From the NCBI GenBank assembly GCA_030153785.1, contig JASKLF010000003.1:18673-82672 (forward strand): DNA of 64,000 bases, given 5' to 3'. Below are positions 60,639-64,000 of this stretch, piece after piece. Within the stretch, counting starts at the first letter, position 1. Each line of letters starts with the position of its first letter. The position numbers were made by a program, and so were the translations under genes. This stretch comes from a bacterium. GTDB lineage: Bacteria > Synergistota > GBS-1. Below the pieces are notes generated by a model that was not told where the DNA came from, searched no databases, and worked only from the letters and a program-made list of their open reading frames with translations.

Positions 60639-61367
60639 CTATCTATTAAAGAGGAAAACCTTTGGAGGCACCCTCTTGTGTTTGTTTCTTTCCCTCATGT
60701 TCTCAATCTTCTTAATTATATCAGGCTCTCCTTTACCTTCAATAAGGTAGCTATCAATAGCTTCATAAGTTATTCCCATCTCTCCCTCATCGGTTTGTCC
60801 TTCCCAAAGCCCAGCAGTTGGAGGCTTCGATATTATCTTTTCGGGAACACCAAGGTAACGTGCAACTTCCCTAACCTCACTTTTAACCAAAGAACCTATG
60901 GGAAGGAGATCTACCCCACCATCTCCATACTTAGTAAAGTATCCAACCTCAAGTTCGCTTTTGTTCCCCGTTCCAACCACAAGATAATTAAATCTGTTAG
61001 CAAAATAGTAAAGCGTCGTCATTCTCAAGCGTGGCTTAATATTAGCTAAAGCGGTATCTCCCTTTCTATCGGTTTCCTCCAAAACGGCAAGAAATGCGTC
61101 GTATACAGGAGACAAATCCACTACCCTATAAGGTATTTCAAAACTCCTAACTAATTCCAAAGCATCATCAATATCCTTAGAAGATGAGTGACACGGCATT
61201 ATTAAGCCGAGCATATTATCCCCCAACGCCCTCTTTAACAAGAGCGCCACCACTGCAGAATCAATTCCACCACTTATACCAAGAACTCCTCCTTTAGCTT
61301 TCGCGTTCCTAATTTCCTCTCTAAGCCAAACGGTAACCCTTTCAACGAACTCGGCAGGATTAATCAC
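60639..61367 (-). CDS. nadE: NH3-dependent NAD+ synthetase
   Basis: GISGGIDSA, NIKPRLRM, GTGNKSE, YFTKYGDGG, PTAGLWEGQTDE. Confidence 0.96.
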   Translation of the reverse strand: MINPAEFVERVTVWLREEIRNAKAKGGVLGISGGIDSAVVALLLKRALGDNMLGLIMPCHSSSKDIDDALELVRSFEIPYRVVDLSPVYDAFLAVLEETDRKGDTALANIKPRLRMTTLYYFANRFNYLVVGTGNKSELEVGYFTKYGDGGVDLLPIGSLVKSEVREVARYLGVPEKIISKPPTAGLWEGQTDEGEMGITYEAIDSYLIEGKGEPDIIKKIENMRERNKHKRVPPKVFLFNR

Positions 61368-61402
61368 CCTTATCCCTCCTAAAACCTCTGATGACTAAAA
61401 AC

Positions 61403-61428
61403 TATTATAACATAGCTATGTTATAATA
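61403..61428. promoter_or_regulatory. Perfect 26-bp palindrome forming back-to-back extended -10 promoters
   Basis: TATTATAACATAG|CTATGTTATAATA; each strand reads TATGTTATAAT towards a divergent gene. Confidence 0.75.
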
Positions 61429-61465
61429 TAATTTGCTTTCCCTTACAGGTAAGGAGGTGCTTCCT

Positions 61466-62584
61466 TTGTATTTTAAACCTTTCAAAGTCGAGACATGGTT
61501 AAACGAGAACGAGCCAAAAGCGAAATACCACTTAGGAGAAACTTCTATGGCTCCTCTTTCATTAAGAGAGCTTAAACAAATAACAGAATTTGAATGGGAA
61601 GAGCTAAGCGAGATAAAGCTTGACTACGGAGAGATACAAGGATTAAGTTCCCTCCGAGAGGAAGTTGCAAAGCTATACCCTAATACGGAACCAGAAGAGA
61701 TATTGATAACAAACGGTTCGATAGAGGCAAATTTTTTGGCAATAGCCGCTTTAACAGAGGATTGTGAAAGCTTCTTAGCCGAGTTCCCAGGATACAACCA
61801 ACTTTATGAACTTCCTCAAGCCTTTGGGAAAAAAGTAGAACTCTACGAGCTTAAGAAAGAAGAAGGGTTTGAGTTAAACCCTGAGGAAGTAATAAAACTA
61901 TCGGAAAATGCTGAAGCTTTGATATTAAATCATCCTCACAACCCAACGGGAGCTTCCTTGGAAAGAGAGAAGATGAAATATATAATAGAAACACTGACTG
62001 ATAAGGGGAAAAAAATTCTTTTTGACCAAGTTTACCTTTATCTGTCAAAGGAAGAACCCATTACACCTCCTGCGAGGAAGTTTTCAAAAAGGGTAATAGT
62101 CACAGGAGGGCTTTCAAAAACCTTTGGACTTCCAGGGCTCAGAATAGGTTGGATCATAGGTCCTAAAGACTTCATAGAAAAATGCTGGAAAATAAGAGAC
62201 TACCTTGCCATATCCGTCTCCGGAATTAACCAGTTTCTGGCTTTTAAGGCACTCCAAAACGGGGATAAAATACTTCAGAGAAACAAAGAAATTTTAAACA
62301 AGAATTTTGCCATAATTTCGGAGTGGATGAAAAGGAACGAAGATATCATTGGATGGGTTCCTCCAAAAGAGGGTTGTGTTTGCTTCCCCTGGTTGAAAAA
62401 CCAGGAAGATAGTGAAAGGCTTTGTAAAGCTCTTTTAGAAAAAAGCGGTGTCCTTCTTGTTCCTGGAAGCTGCTTCGAAATGCCATCTCATATTAGAATT
62501 GGCTTCGGTTTCGAAAGCGAAATACTTAAAAAGGGATTAAACGAATTGGAAAAATTTTTAAGGAGGGATTTTCTCGCTAAATGA
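61466..62584 (+). CDS. PLP-dependent aminotransferase class I/II
   Basis: [37 protein letters not shown]; TTG at 61466 follows AGGAGGT. Confidence 0.9.
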   Translation: MYFKPFKVETWLNENEPKAKYHLGETSMAPLSLRELKQITEFEWEELSEIKLDYGEIQGLSSLREEVAKLYPNTEPEEILITNGSIEANFLAIAALTEDCESFLAEFPGYNQLYELPQAFGKKVELYELKKEEGFELNPEEVIKLSENAEALILNHPHNPTGASLEREKMKYIIETLTDKGKKILFDQVYLYLSKEEPITPPARKFSKRVIVTGGLSKTFGLPGLRIGWIIGPKDFIEKCWKIRDYLAISVSGINQFLAFKALQNGDKILQRNKEILNKNFAIISEWMKRNEDIIGWVPPKEGCVCFPWLKNQEDSERLCKALLEKSGVLLVPGSCFEMPSHIRIGFGFESEILKKGLNELEKFLRRDFLAK

Positions 62585-64000
62585 CAAATCCAGAAAGGAT
62601 TAGAAACTTTTGTATAATAGCCCATATAGACCACGGAAAATCCACGTTAGCCGATAGATTTCTTGAAATAACCGGAACTGTTCCAGAAAGAAAGATGATG
62701 GAACAATACCTTGATATGTTGGAGATAGAGAGAGAACGAGGGATCACGATTAAGGCTCAACCCGTGAGAATGGAATACAAAGGTTATATCTTCAATCTCA
62801 TAGATACACCAGGACATGTTGACTTTACATATGAAGTTTCCCGAGCACTAGCTGCTTGCGAAGGAGCAATACTTGTGGTTGATGCAACTCAAGGGGTAGA
62901 AGCACAAACGGTAGCCAACGCTTATCTTGCAGTGGAAAACAATCTCGAAATAATACCTGTTATAAACAAGATAGACCTACCCAACGCTGATCCCGAAAGA
63001 GTCAAAAGAGAAATAGAAGAAGCTATAGGCTTAGACGCTTCTCAAGCCATACTTGCAAGTGCAAAAGAAGGAATAGGCATAGAAGAGATATTAGACGCTG
63101 TCATAAAGCTTATCCCCCCTCCCCAGGGAGATCCAAATGCTCCTTTAAAAGCATTGATTTTTGACTCAATTTACAACAGTTACCGAGGAGTAATAACATA
63201 CATCAGAGTTAAAGAAGGGACTATAAGGGTAGGCCAGAAGATAATGATGATGTCTACGGGCACCGTTTACGAGGTAGAAGAAGTTGGAGTTTTTACGCCT
63301 CAGATGAAACCCACAGATGAGCTCGGACCGGGAGAGGTAGGCTATGTTATAGCGGGGATAAAGGAAATAAGGCAAGCCAGGGTAGGAGATACCGTAACCG
63401 ACGCCACAAATCCTGCTAAAGAACCACTCCCCGGTTATAAGAAAATCAAACCCGTGGTTTTTTGTGGAGTTTACCCCACAGACAGGAATGACTTTGAAAA
63501 CTTACGAAATGCTCTTGAAAAGCTAAGACTTAATGATGCCTCTATACAATTCGAACCCGAATCCTCAGCGGCATTAGGTGCGGGATTTAGATGTGGCTTT
63601 TTGGGAATGCTTCACATGGAAGTAGCCTTGGAGAGATTAAGAAGGGAATTTGAGCTCGATATCATAGCTACTGCACCTAACGTAATATATCGGGTTGTAA
63701 AGCATTCCGGAGAAACGGTAGAAATAGATAATCCAGCCAAATTCCCTCCCCTTGCCGAAATAAGAGAGATACAAGAACCGTTTGTAAGAATAACCATATT
63801 CACTCCTACCGAGTTTGTTGGAAACATAATGTCTTTTCTTCAGGACAGAAGAGGAATTTTTAAAAACATGGATTACCTGAGCCCTGAAAGGGTTATGTTA
63901 GTCTACGAAGTTCCCCTTGCGGAAGTAATTGTAGACTTCCACGATAAACTTAAGTCCATAAGCAGGGGATACGCTTCCATGGACTACGAACCTATAGGAT
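62581..64000 (+). CDS. lepA: Translation elongation factor 4 (LepA), 3' end outside the window
   Basis: Not in the ORF track: [64 protein letters not shown]. Confidence 0.97.
   Translation, partial: MTNPERIRNFCIIAHIDHGKSTLADRFLEITGTVPERKMMEQYLDMLEIERERGITIKAQPVRMEYKGYIFNLIDTPGHVDFTYEVSRALAACEGAILVVDATQGVEAQTVANAYLAVENNLEIIPVINKIDLPNADPERVKREIEEAIGLDASQAILASAKEGIGIEEILDAVIKLIPPPQGDPNAPLKALIFDSIYNSYRGVITYIRVKEGTIRVGQKIMMMSTGTVYEVEEVGVFTPQMKPTDELGPGEVGYVIAGIKEIRQARVGDTVTDATNPAKEPLPGYKKIKPVVFCGVYPTDRNDFENLRNALEKLRLNDASIQFEPESSAALGAGFRCGFLGMLHMEVALERLRREFELDIIATAPNVIYRVVKHSGETVEIDNPAKFPPLAEIREIQEPFVRITIFTPTEFVGNIMSFLQDRRGIFKNMDYLSPERVMLVYEVPLAEVIVDFHDKLKSISRGYASMDYEPIG

Noticed and set aside
409-63827. 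Many 60-190 aa ORFs antisense to or nested in real genes (e.g. 9213-9707, 12792-13256, 49491-50054, 60564-61049)
   Set aside because: Shadow ORFs with Ser/Ile/Phe/Pro-rich composition and no recognisable motifs
1-64000. CRISPR arrays, tRNA/rRNA genes, IS elements, prophage
   Set aside because: Intergenic gaps are short and explained by promoters or hairpins; no repeat-spacer periodicity, cloverleaf, transposase or integrase seen

Overview
A gene-dense, mostly minus-strand segment of a bacterial chromosome. It combines Firmicutes-like regulation (CtsR/McsAB) with LPS-type and GGC-CTERM envelope genes, which suggests (inference only) an anaerobe such as a Synergistota member. In order it holds: nfeD (partial); a ctsR-mcsA-mcsB-clpC-SDH protease-radA operon with a consensus promoter and CtsR box; rpsF-ssb-rpsR-yybS-rplI-dnaB with an S6:S18 leader; an uncharacterised coupled surface/glycosylation locus (archaeal-type ATPase, beta-propeller protein, GT-TPR, pseudopilin, CTERM-anchored surface protein, GT4); efp-epmA facing lat; a small glycan cluster with a decayed methyltransferase; phasin-radical SAM-flavodoxin; yajC-ATPase-HD-secDF; a histidine-utilisation/Liv-type ABC operon split by a ~6 kb insert that carries a deletion scar (5'-truncated dctP abutting a 5'-truncated E2 gene); AmmeMemoRadiSam genes; queA lacking an in-frame canonical start; ruvCAB, yebC and nadE; a perfect 26-bp palindromic bidirectional promoter; an aminotransferase; and lepA (partial). 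I saw no tRNA, rRNA, CRISPR array or transposase. All family calls come from motif recognition, not database searches.
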